64,000 bases of DNA from an uncultured Eubacteriales bacterium (GTDB lineage: Bacteria; Bacillota; Clostridia; Christensenellales; CAG-917). Each line of letters starts with the position of its first letter. Within the stretch, counting starts at the first letter, position 1. Below, in pieces: positions 28,043-36,472 of this stretch. The translations under genes and the position numbers were made by a program. The notes beneath the pieces were generated by a model, which was not told the origin of the DNA, did not search any database, and saw only the letters and a list, made by a program, of their open reading frames with translations. Location: contig URNP01000005.1 in NCBI GenBank assembly GCA_900549225.1, forward strand, positions 4,532 through 68,531. Direction: 5' to 3'.

Positions 28043-28861
28043 ATGAACAAAATCATCATCAAAAACCTACAAATCAAAGCCACCCACGGTTGCAATCCGG
28101 ATGAGAAAATCAACCCCCAAAGGTTCTTGTTTTCCGCAGAGATTTTTTACGATTTTTCTCAAGCGGCGAAATCCGACGATTTGACCAAAACGATAAGTTA
28201 CAGTGACGTAAAAAAGACTTTAACTACGTTTTGCGTCAACAACTGCTTTGATTTGATAGAAACTTTGGCAACGCGCGCTTGCGATGAAATTCTGAAAAAA
28301 TATCCCGCCCGAAAGGTGATTCTTTCCGTCAAAAAGCCCGACGCGCCGATGAGCGGAACGTTTGACTACGTTGCCGTCGAAGTCGAAAAAGAATGGCACG
28401 AAGTCTATCTTGCGCTCGGCTCGAATATGGGAGATAAAAACGCCTATCTCGATTTTGCGATTCAACGACTTGCAAGCGACGACAACATCAAGGAAGTCAA
28501 GGAAAGCGCAAGACGTATCACCAAGCCTTACGGCGGAGTTGCCACCGAAGAATTTGTCAACAGCGCCGTGCGTATAAAAACGCTTTATACCCCCAAAGAA
28601 CTTCTTTCCGTTATCTCTCAAATCGAGCGTGACGGCGCGCGTGTCCGCACCGAGCATTGGGGCAATCGCACCCTCGATATAGACGTGATTTTTTACGACG
28701 ATTGCGTGATTGAAGACAGCGACTTGTGCGTACCTCATATCGATATGCAAAATCGGGATTTCGTCCTCGATCCGCTTGCCGAACTTTGCCCGTACAAACT
28801 TCATCCCGTGCTCCGCAAGCGTGTTTGCGAACTTAAATCCGATCTCGAAAACCGAAAATAA
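28043..28861 (+). CDS. folB-folK: Fused dihydroneopterin aldolase / 6-hydroxymethyl-dihydropterin pyrophosphokinase
   Basis: N-terminal FolB-like IIKNLQIKATHGCNPDEK. C-terminal FolK-like VYLALGSNMGDK ... WGNRTLDIDVIFYDD. Confidence 0.85.
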   Translation: MNKIIIKNLQIKATHGCNPDEKINPQRFLFSAEIFYDFSQAAKSDDLTKTISYSDVKKTLTTFCVNNCFDLIETLATRACDEILKKYPARKVILSVKKPDAPMSGTFDYVAVEVEKEWHEVYLALGSNMGDKNAYLDFAIQRLASDDNIKEVKESARRITKPYGGVATEEFVNSAVRIKTLYTPKELLSVISQIERDGARVRTEHWGNRTLDIDVIFYDDCVIEDSDLCVPHIDMQNRDFVLDPLAELCPYKLHPVLRKRVCELKSDLENRK

Positions 28862-29042
28862 TTTTTCCGTTAAACGCCGTTTTGCAACCGTACAAAACGG
28901 CGCTTTCATATCATCGAGCAAATTTTCGGCGATTGCTTTTATTGCGTAGAAAAACGTGTCGAAAATATAATATTGCAACTTTGCATATTGTATGATAAAC
29001 TACACTCAACAGAGTTGCCACATTGCAACTTTCGGAAGAATT

Positions 29043-29537
29043 ATGAGAATAATCATCAAGCAAAAGTATTTCACCGTCGGCGCAAAGTTTGAAATTCAAG
29101 ACAAAGATCGCCAAACCGTGTTCTTTGCCGAGAGACAGTGGGACAGAATTCTGGCCAACGTCGTTTTGTTTTCGCCCGATGGCGCTCCCGTTGCCCGTAT
29201 GCAGGCCGCACTCAAAAAGTTATTTACGTCATGGTTTTCCATCACCGATTCGCGCGGCAACGAAGTTTGCTCCATCCACGAGAAACTTCCGTTTTTCTGC
29301 TTCCACCGTGCCGAAACCGCCAACGGCGCGCTTCATATCAAAATCAAAGCAGGACCTTTCCATATGAAAGCGCACGTTGTCACCGACTCCGGCAAAACTC
29401 TTGCCGTCAAGGCTCGCAAAAAACTTCTTTCCATCCGTGACACCTACGTCATCGACATAGACGAAACCGTCATAAATCCTGCTTACGGAGTGTTGGTGGG
29501 GTTGTGGTATGACCTTGTTTGCCACCCCTCCCGCTAA
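29043..29537 (+). CDS. LURP-one-related / tubby-C-like (YxjI-type) protein
   Basis: MRIIIKQKYFTVGAKFEIQDKDRQ...ARKKLLSIRDTYVIDIDE pattern typical of the family (by eye). Confidence 0.6.
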   Translation: MRIIIKQKYFTVGAKFEIQDKDRQTVFFAERQWDRILANVVLFSPDGAPVARMQAALKKLFTSWFSITDSRGNEVCSIHEKLPFFCFHRAETANGALHIKIKAGPFHMKAHVVTDSGKTLAVKARKKLLSIRDTYVIDIDETVINPAYGVLVGLWYDLVCHPSR

Positions 29538-29640
29538 AACTGCGCCAAACAGCGCTTAACTGCGTCAGAGGCATCCGCCTGTCAACTCATGTACTACTTG
29601 TGCATTAGGGTTGTCATTCGGGTGCCTCTTCCTTGTTCAT
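29538..29640 (+). repeat. Structured intergenic repeat, copy A1 (core hairpin 29568-29628)
   Basis: GAGGCATCCG cctgt CAACTC a TGTAC tactt GTGCA tta GGGTTG tcatt CGGGTGCCTC. It starts directly after the TAA of the upstream gene. Flanks are ttaactgcgtca and ttccttgtt, shared with the other copies. Confidence 0.85.
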
Positions 29641-29864
29641 TTACGCTCAGTAAATTAGGATCGCCGTTCAGGCGGCTCTTTTTTGTTCTTTATCGATTTA
29701 TTGCGTTTTAGTTATATTAACTTGGCGCTGTTTTAGTCCGACACTCATATAATTGCTTATAAAGTATCACTACTCGATAACAATATTTTCATTCATAACC
29801 ATTTAAAATAATGCTTTTAATAATCCTACTTATAATTCTACGTTATTTACTCGTTTTTTCTATC

Positions 29865-29893
29865 TTGAAAACGCTTTTTTCATATGGTATAAT
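29865..29893 (+). promoter_or_regulatory. Promoter of the nucleoside kinase gene
   Basis: TTGAAA (29865-29870), 17-nt spacer, TATAAT (29888-29893). Confidence 0.6.
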
Positions 29894-30010
29894 ACTTTAG
29901 CGTCACAATCGTTTCTTTTTGGCAATTTTGCCGAGTATAATGATGTGACCAAACAATTTCGCATTACGATTATGCCTTGAAACCTTCCGTTTCGGGCAAG
30001 AGAGGGGAAA

Positions 30011-31702
30011 ATGATAAAAGTCTATATTGATAACAACGAAAAGCAAGTGAAAGAAGGCACGAGAAACAACGAAAAGCAAGTGAAAGAAGGCACGAGAGTG
30101 CTCGATTTGCTTCCAAAAGAAGACAAGTGCAAATACGTCGTTTGCAAAATCGGCTCTCAAATCAAAGAACTCAATCGCAAACTTTCAGCCCGTGACGATT
30201 CAAAGTCCATTGAATTTTTGGGCATTGAAAATTCCGAGGCGGTGAAGGCGTACGAAACCACGTTGAGATATATCGTCGCAATGGCGTTTCACAATCTTTA
30301 TCCGCAGGTACGCATACGTTTCGGCTACAATGCGTCGCGTTCGATTTTGTGCCAGATTCTCACCAAGGGCTTCAACGTATCCAAGGCAACCGACGAGATT
30401 CGCGCGGAAGTTGACAGAATCATCGGCGAGAATATGCCAATCGAGCGCATCACTGTTTCCACGGCGGAAGCGAGAAAGATTTACGAGCAGATGGGAAGAG
30501 GGGACAAACTCGATATGCTTGCCTATCGTCCCGAGAGCGAAGTGAACATTTACAAGTGCGGCGATTATTACGACTATTTGCACGCATATATGACGCCGTC
30601 CACGGGTTGCATATTCAGTTACAACCTTATGCCGTACAGCCCAGGCATCATAATTCAGTATCCGCGCTCCGAACTCAATGCGGAGATTCCCGAATTCGTT
30701 GAAGAAAGCACCTACGGTCGTACGTTGCAAAGGGCGACGACTTGGGCAAGCAAGACGGGCACGCAGACGGTCGTGGATATCAACAAAAAAGTGGAGAGCG
30801 GCAACGTGCTCGACTTCGTGCAAATGTGCGAGGCTCGTCAAAACGGAATGCTCGCAAAACTCGGCGACAGAATAGAAAACGATATCGAAAATATCCGTCT
30901 TATCTGCATTGCAGGTCCGAGTTCGAGCGGAAAGACCACGTTCTGCAACAGGGTTCGCATCGAACTCGTATCGCGCGGCATAAATCCCGTTATGATTTCT
31001 ATGGACGACTATTATCTCGAGCGCGAAAAAATCTGCAAGATGCAAGGCAAATCCGCAAACGAGGTTGACCTCGAACACGTCGATTGCCTCGATATCGAGC
31101 AATTCAACAAGGATCTTTTCGACCTCATCAACGGCGAAGAAGTCACGCTTCCGTGCTTCAATTTCGCAAAAGGCGTAAAGGAGAGAGGTCGCACAATCAG
31201 AGTTGACGAGCATAGTCCCATTATGATCGAGGGCATACACGCGCTCAACGAAAAACTTACTGCGTCCATTCCGAAGCACCAAAAATTCAAGATTTATATT
31301 GCGCCGCAACTTGCCGTCAACGTTGACGATCATTCTCCGCTCAGCACGACCGACTTGCGCCTCATACGCAGAATCGTCAGAGATATGCAGTTCAGAAATT
31401 ACCCTGCAAAGAACACCATCGATATGTGGCAAAGCGTGCGCAGCGGCGAATTTAAGTGGATATATCCGTGGCAAGAAGGCGTTGATTTCGTGTTCAATTC
31501 CGCGCTTGCTTACGAACTTTGCGTGCTGAAAAAACTTGCTTTGCCTGCACTCAAAGAGATAAAAGACACTGATCCGCAATTTATCGTGGCAAACAGACTC
31601 ATCAAATATCTCAAGTATTTCAAGACGATTGACGACGAGAGTCTGATTCCTTGCAACTCGCTGTTGAGAGAGTTCGTGGGCGGAAGTTGTTTCAACGTAT
31701 AA
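30011..31702 (+). CDS. TGS-domain / uridine-kinase-family nucleoside kinase
   Basis: N-terminal TGS-like IKVYIDN..KEGTRVLDLL. P-loop IAGPSSSGKTTFCNRV. Uridine-kinase-like C-terminal half. Confidence 0.8.
   Translation: MIKVYIDNNEKQVKEGTRNNEKQVKEGTRVLDLLPKEDKCKYVVCKIGSQIKELNRKLSARDDSKSIEFLGIENSEAVKAYETTLRYIVAMAFHNLYPQVRIRFGYNASRSILCQILTKGFNVSKATDEIRAEVDRIIGENMPIERITVSTAEARKIYEQMGRGDKLDMLAYRPESEVNIYKCGDYYDYLHAYMTPSTGCIFSYNLMPYSPGIIIQYPRSELNAEIPEFVEESTYGRTLQRATTWASKTGTQTVVDINKKVESGNVLDFVQMCEARQNGMLAKLGDRIENDIENIRLICIAGPSSSGKTTFCNRVRIELVSRGINPVMISMDDYYLEREKICKMQGKSANEVDLEHVDCLDIEQFNKDLFDLINGEEVTLPCFNFAKGVKERGRTIRVDEHSPIMIEGIHALNEKLTASIPKHQKFKIYIAPQLAVNVDDHSPLSTTDLRLIRRIVRDMQFRNYPAKNTIDMWQSVRSGEFKWIYPWQEGVDFVFNSALAYELCVLKKLALPALKEIKDTDPQFIVANRLIKYLKYFKTIDDESLIPCNSLLREFVGGSCFNV
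30032..30097 (+). repeat. Perfect 33-bp x2 in-frame tandem duplication inside the kinase gene
   Basis: aacaacgaaaagcaagtgaaagaaggcacgaga occurs at 30032-30064 and again at 30065-30097, duplicating NNEKQVKEGTR. Confidence 0.95.
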
Positions 31703-31800
31703 GGCACTTTATACCACGCAAACGACACGATAAACGTTGCGTTTTGTCACTCATTTAGCAAAACGCAATATGTCTACAAAAGCAGATAACAGAGAGAATT

Positions 31801-33132
31801 ATGTCAAAAATAGCGGTTATAGGTATGGGACAAGGCGGTATGGTTGCCGCCGTTCGTCTTGCAAAGCAAGGACACGAAGTCACGATTTTTGAGAAGAACA
31901 AACGCGGCGAAGTGAGTTACGACTGGCGCGACGACATTCGCGCAGACGTCTTTGAAGCGGCAGGACTTCCGATGCCTCCTAGTGACGTGTATTGCCAAAA
32001 GAGCAAGTGGCTTTTCGTGTCGCCAAACGAGGAGTATTCTTTGCCCGTACCGCCGTGTCCGCCTATGGAGGAAATCTCCGTTTATCGCACGAAACTTTCC
32101 GAGTATTTCGCAACGCTAGCGCAAGAGGCAGGGTGCAAACTCGTGTTTGAAACCGAGGTCAAATCGCTTGCCGTTCAAAACGACGCAATCGTCGGAGTAT
32201 GCGCCGAGGGCAAGGAGTAATTGTTCGACCTCGTCATAGACGCAAGCGGAATGCGCTCCCCGTTCAGAGCGCAAGTTCCCAACAAATTCGAGATTCAGGC
32301 GCAACCGAGCAGAAGTGACGTTATGTTCGGCTATCGCGCGTTTTTCAAGAGAGTGGAAGGCACGACTCCTCGCGATCCCCAAATAAATTCCACGCTCTAT
32401 CTCAAGCATCTCGGAAGCGTCGGTATAAGTTGGTGCAATCTCAACGAGGACAATCTCGTAGACGTGCTCATCGGCAGAGTCGGTGAACTTTCCGACAAAG
32501 AAATCGAGTATACCGTTGAGGCGCTCCGTGCAAGCAATCCTATTCTCGGCACTGAACTCGTCAGCGAAAAGAGGGTGGAAATCTGCTTGCGTATGTCGAT
32601 TGCAAGAGCGGTGGCAGACGGCTACGTCGCAATCGGCGACAGCGCGTTTATGACCATGCCTTTGATGGGTAGCGGCATCGAATCGTCTATGAAAGCAGGC
32701 AGAATGTTTGCCGACTTCATTGAAGAAAACGAAGTGCAAGAATTTACCGCAAAGAATATGTGGGGATTCTATCACAAGTATATGACCACGCTCGGCACGG
32801 ATTTTGCCTTCGTTGACGTACTCAAACGTTGGGCACTTTCGCTCGATCCCAAAACCATAGACTGGGTGTTTGGCGGAGGTCTTATCGAAAAGAGCGATTT
32901 GGCACTCGTCACCACCGATACGAGCGGCGAAAAGCCGAAGTTGAGCGCAAAGTCCATCGTCAAAAAAGTTTTCTTGCTTTTGGGACATTTCGGACTCGTG
33001 TGCAAAGCGGTCGGTTGCCTTACGAGGAGTTTGAAAGCAAAGAATATCGCAAAGAAAATACCTGCCGTTTACGACGAAAAGAAACTCGCCAAATGGACGA
33101 AGAAATACAACAGAATCATTTGCAAAAACTGA
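31801..33132 (+). pseudogene. FAD oxidoreductase paralog of 16052-17359 interrupted by one in-frame TAA (32218-32220)
   Basis: ORFs 31801-32220 and 32221-33132 share one frame and together align end-to-end with the 16052 product (VSYDWRDDI vs ISYDWHDDI; GYVAIGDSAFMTMPLMGSGIESSMKAG vs GYAAIGDAAFMTIPMIGSGIENSMKAA). The stop falls in GKE*LFDLVIDASG versus GEKFYADLVVDNSG. Confidence 0.8.
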
Positions 33133-33164
33133 TTTTGAATTGATAATCGCCAAAGTCGAATTAT

Positions 33165-33989
33165 ATGTACAAGATTGCTCGCGTCGGATTGCATCACTTT
33201 GAAGAGCCGTGTTTATCGGGAGAAAGAGGTAGCGGAACTATCTTTTTTTCGGGTTGCAATCTCAGATGCCTGTTTTGTCAAAACTATGAGATTTCGCACG
33301 AGGGGAAAGGACTCGAAGTCAGCGAAAACGAACTCGTGTCGCTTATGCTTTATCTTCAGGATATAGGCGCGCACAACGTCAATCTCGTCACACCGTCAAA
33401 TTACACAAATTTGCTCAAAGATACGCTTAAAGTTGCAAAATCACAACTTAAAATCCCGATTGTGTGGAACAGTAGCGGTTACGAAACCGTACAAAATCTC
33501 AAAAAATTAGAAGGTTTGGTTGACGTATATTTGCCCGATTTCAAGTATAGCGACAACGACTTGGCGTGGGAATATTCGCACGCAAAGGGGTATAGACAAG
33601 TCGCTTTCGAAGCGATAAAAGAGATGCGCAGACAACAGCCTCACGACGTTTTCGACGAAGAGGGTATGATGCAAAAAGGCGTTATCGTAAGACACCTCGT
33701 TTTGCCCGAAGCGATTGAAAATACGAAGGGAGTTTTGCAAGATATTGTCCGCATCGACAAGGATACGTTCGTTTCGCTTATGGGGCAGTATTTCCCCACA
33801 CCGAACGTAACAAGTCACCCCGTTTTGTCACGCCGCATAACAGAAGATGAGTACGACCAAGCGACGCAAGCGTTTTTCGATTGCGGATTGCACAACGGCT
33901 TTTCTCAAGACCTCGACAGCGCAACGGAAGAGTACGTTCCCGATTTCGATTTGAACGCTTTGCAGACGTTATTGAATCGCACGAAGTGA
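33165..33989 (+). CDS. Radical SAM protein, PflX-like (pyruvate formate-lyase activase homolog family)
   Basis: LHHFEEPCLSGERGSGTIFFSGCNLRCLFCQN contains the CxxxCxxC cluster motif. Confidence 0.8.
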   Translation: MYKIARVGLHHFEEPCLSGERGSGTIFFSGCNLRCLFCQNYEISHEGKGLEVSENELVSLMLYLQDIGAHNVNLVTPSNYTNLLKDTLKVAKSQLKIPIVWNSSGYETVQNLKKLEGLVDVYLPDFKYSDNDLAWEYSHAKGYRQVAFEAIKEMRRQQPHDVFDEEGMMQKGVIVRHLVLPEAIENTKGVLQDIVRIDKDTFVSLMGQYFPTPNVTSHPVLSRRITEDEYDQATQAFFDCGLHNGFSQDLDSATEEYVPDFDLNALQTLLNRTK

Positions 33990-34056
33990 AAACGGCTTAC
34001 AAGGTAAAGCGCGAGCGCTTGCGCGTATCATTGTAATTATTATCAAAGGATAAATT

Positions 34057-34335
34057 ATGACCACTTATCAAATTATTATCACTTGCGTATTTGCGGCTAT
34101 GTCGTTGCTCGGCTTCGCGATTATGGGCATCGACAAAGCGAAAGCGCAAAACGGAAAATGGCGCGTCAAAGAAGCCACGTTGTTTGCGGTTGCGATTTTG
34201 TGCGGCGCTGTCGGGACGACGATAGGAATGTACGTATTTCGTCACAAAACCAAGCACCGGTATTTTGCGGTGTTCTTTCCGATTCTTGCGCTCGTAGATA
34301 TCGCGCTTTACGCCGTGGGTATGTATTTCCTTTGA
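34057..34335 (+). CDS. DUF1294-family small membrane protein
   Basis: MGIDKAKAQNGKWRVKEATLFAVAILCGAVGTTIGMYVFRHKTKH pattern. Confidence 0.7.
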   Translation: MTTYQIIITCVFAAMSLLGFAIMGIDKAKAQNGKWRVKEATLFAVAILCGAVGTTIGMYVFRHKTKHRYFAVFFPILALVDIALYAVGMYFL

Positions 34336-34435
34336 TAAAAATAACGCTATCGCAATACAATATCTTGCGTTTTGACCGTTAAATTCACGCTCGACAACAC
34401 AATTCGTATTTTTGCAAAAAATTTGTCGAAATCGG

Positions 34436-34464
34436 TTGCGCGATTTTTTCGTTTGTGCTAACAT
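34436..34464 (+). promoter_or_regulatory. Promoter of the NCS2 permease-upp operon
   Basis: TTGCGC (34436-34441), 17-nt spacer ending in tgc, TAACAT (34459-34464). Confidence 0.5.
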
Positions 34465-34476
34465 ACTGTCAAATGT

Positions 34477-34598
34477 GAATCGGAGGGCAGTATGGTCAGT
34501 CGTCTTGTCAAACTCAAGAAAACGCTTTTTCTCGCAGCGGGTGTCGTTGCAAAAGTTGTTTTCTCTTCCTTTGACGAGTGCCTCATTCCCACCGATTC
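34477..34598 (+). promoter_or_regulatory. Unclassified structured 5' leader element (candidate riboswitch/attenuator aptamer)
   Basis: Closing helix gaatcggaggg (34477-87) / cccaccgattc (34588-98), 10 of 11 bp. Nested helices are gtcaaa/tttgac, aagaaaac/gttttctctt and GCAGCG-ggtgt-CGTTGC (with a G.U pair). Confidence 0.5.
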
Positions 34599-34614
34599 GA
34601 TAATTGCCTAACGT

Positions 34615-34642
34615 AGATGTCCCAAGCGGGCATCTTTTTTTT
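34615..34642 (+). terminator. Intrinsic terminator inside the leader, ~60 nt before the permease start
   Basis: gatg(t)ccc aagc gggcatc stem followed by T8 (34635-34642). Confidence 0.75.
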
Positions 34643-34701
34643 GCCCTCGAGGGTGTTAGGCTGTGAGAAGAGAACGATAAAAATATATAGGAGAAAGACC
34701 A

Positions 34702-36426
34702 ATGTCAAAAAACCAACTCGTTTACGACGTCAATGACAAGCCTGCATTCGGCAAAAACCTAGTGTTTGCATTCCAACAAGTGCTTGCAATCATGGCTGCA
34801 ACCATTGCAGTTCCGACCATTATCGGGATTCCCACACAGATTCCTGCCGCAATACTCGGCGCAGGACTCGGCACGATAGTGTATCTTCTTTTCACAAAAT
34901 TCAAGAGCCCGGTCATCATTTCGAGTTCGTTCGCATTTTTGAGTTCGCTCTCGACGGCGCTTTGTTTCGGATATTGCGGAATCATTCTCGGCGGTATCCT
35001 TGCAGGACTCGTATACGTCGTTCTGGCGCTGATAATCAAGTTTGCGGGCAGCAAATGGGTTTCAAAACTCATGCCTCCCGTCATCATCGGACCAACCGTC
35101 GCGCTCATCGGCCTTTCCTTGGCAGGCAGCGCAATGGGCGACATTGTTAAGGCAAGCGGCGCAACCGTCAACGCAAGTTACAACCTCGTTGCGCTCTTGT
35201 GCGGACTTGTCACGCTCATCACGATTTGCATCTGCTCCACTCAAAAGAAATTCAAAATGGGACGTCTTATCCCGTTCATTCTCGGCATTGCGGCAGGATA
35301 CGCCGTAGCGGCGTTCTTCTCGATTTTCGGATATGCGTGCCACGTCGAATATCTCAAGATAGTCAACTGGCAACCCCTCGTGGACAACTTTGCGGCACTC
35401 GGCGATTCAACCGCAAGCGTCGGCGCAAAATTCCAATCCTTCCTCAACTATCCCGACTTCGCTCTCATTGAAGCCATCAAAGAACTCGTCACGGGCAACG
35501 TCAGCGAAGCAGTCAAGACCGCAACCAAAGGCGTTGCAACCACGATCACGTGGGCAGGCGTCGGTGAAGTCGTGCTCGCATTCGTACCCGTCGCGCTTGT
35601 CGTTTTTGCAGAACATATCGCAGACCACAAGAACCTCGGCTCTATCATCGGCCGCGACCTCGTCGAAGGCGAACCCGGTCTTTGCAGAACTCTCCTCGGT
35701 GACGGCGTAGGCTCTATGGTCGGCACGGTGTTCGGCATTTGCCCCAACACCACTTACGGTGAATCCGTCGGTTGCGTGGCAATCACCAAAAACGCGTCCG
35801 TATCCACGATTTTCCTTGCGGCTTGCATGTGCATCGTGCTCTCGTTCATAAGTCCTCTTATGGCGTTGCTCCGCACGATTCCCGCTTGCGTAATGGGCGG
35901 CGTATGCCTCACTCTTTACGGTTTCATCGCAGTCAGCGGTCTCAAAATGTTCAAAGACATCAACCTCGGCGACAACAAAAATCTCTTCACGGTATCCACG
36001 ATTCTCATCGCAGGTATCGGCGGACTCTCTATTAAGATTCCGTACAAGATTCTCACGAGCGACGTTATCGGTCAAACCATCAAAGACGGCGCAATCGTGG
36101 ACGTAATTCTCACCCCTGCGGGAACGGTGGATAAGACCATCACCATCACTTCCATCGCAACCGCGCTCGTGCTCGGTATCATCATACACGCGATTATCGA
36201 CGCAATCGAAAAGAAACAGGGCGGCGACGGCAACGAAGAAGAAGCCACGCATGAACCTCAAAGCCTTATCACAGGCGCAGTCGCACCCAACGCAACGTTT
36301 GAGGTCGGCGTAGACGTCGTCAAAGCGACAGAGGAAAAAGAAAGAGAAGAAGAGGTCGTCGAAGAACTCCGTGAAGAAGAAAAAGAAATCGAAAACGCTC
36401 AATCTTCCGATCGCGACGATAAATAA
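34702..36426 (+). CDS. NCS2-family nucleobase (uracil/xanthine-type) permease with acidic C-terminal extension
   Basis: RBS taggaga. Polytopic NCS2-like sequence (GLGTIVYLLFT..., NTTYGESVGCVAITK). Tail sequence EEKEREEEVVEELREEEKEIEN. Confidence 0.8.
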   Translation: MSKNQLVYDVNDKPAFGKNLVFAFQQVLAIMAATIAVPTIIGIPTQIPAAILGAGLGTIVYLLFTKFKSPVIISSSFAFLSSLSTALCFGYCGIILGGILAGLVYVVLALIIKFAGSKWVSKLMPPVIIGPTVALIGLSLAGSAMGDIVKASGATVNASYNLVALLCGLVTLITICICSTQKKFKMGRLIPFILGIAAGYAVAAFFSIFGYACHVEYLKIVNWQPLVDNFAALGDSTASVGAKFQSFLNYPDFALIEAIKELVTGNVSEAVKTATKGVATTITWAGVGEVVLAFVPVALVVFAEHIADHKNLGSIIGRDLVEGEPGLCRTLLGDGVGSMVGTVFGICPNTTYGESVGCVAITKNASVSTIFLAACMCIVLSFISPLMALLRTIPACVMGGVCLTLYGFIAVSGLKMFKDINLGDNKNLFTVSTILIAGIGGLSIKIPYKILTSDVIGQTIKDGAIVDVILTPAGTVDKTITITSIATALVLGIIIHAIIDAIEKKQGGDGNEEEATHEPQSLITGAVAPNATFEVGVDVVKATEEKEREEEVVEELREEEKEIENAQSSDRDDK

Positions 36427-36472
36427 GTATAAAAACACAACGATATACCAATAAGAATTTGGAGGCAAAACA

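Noticed and set aside
29538-29640. Interpretation of the structured repeats as integron attC sites. GCTTAAC and GCCTAAC before A1 and A2 resemble the inverse core RYYYAAC.
   Set aside because: The matching GTTRRRY core is absent at the 3' side (GTTCATT, GTTATCC). Copies B and C lack the inverse core. No integron integrase is in the window, and the flanking genes are ordinary housekeeping genes rather than cassettes.
32218-32220. The in-frame TAA as programmed recoding (selenocysteine, pyrrolysine or a reassigned stop).
   Set aside because: Sec uses UGA and Pyl uses UAG. Many genes in the window terminate normally at TAA, so genome-wide reassignment is unlikely. A nonsense mutation or a sequencing error is more parsimonious.
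34477-34598. Known purine riboswitch or PyrR-binding attenuator as the identity of the NCS2-upp leader.
   Set aside because: I could not find the purine three-way-junction core or the PyrR loop UCCAGAGAGG by eye. It is kept as an unclassified candidate instead. A covariance-model search could overturn this.
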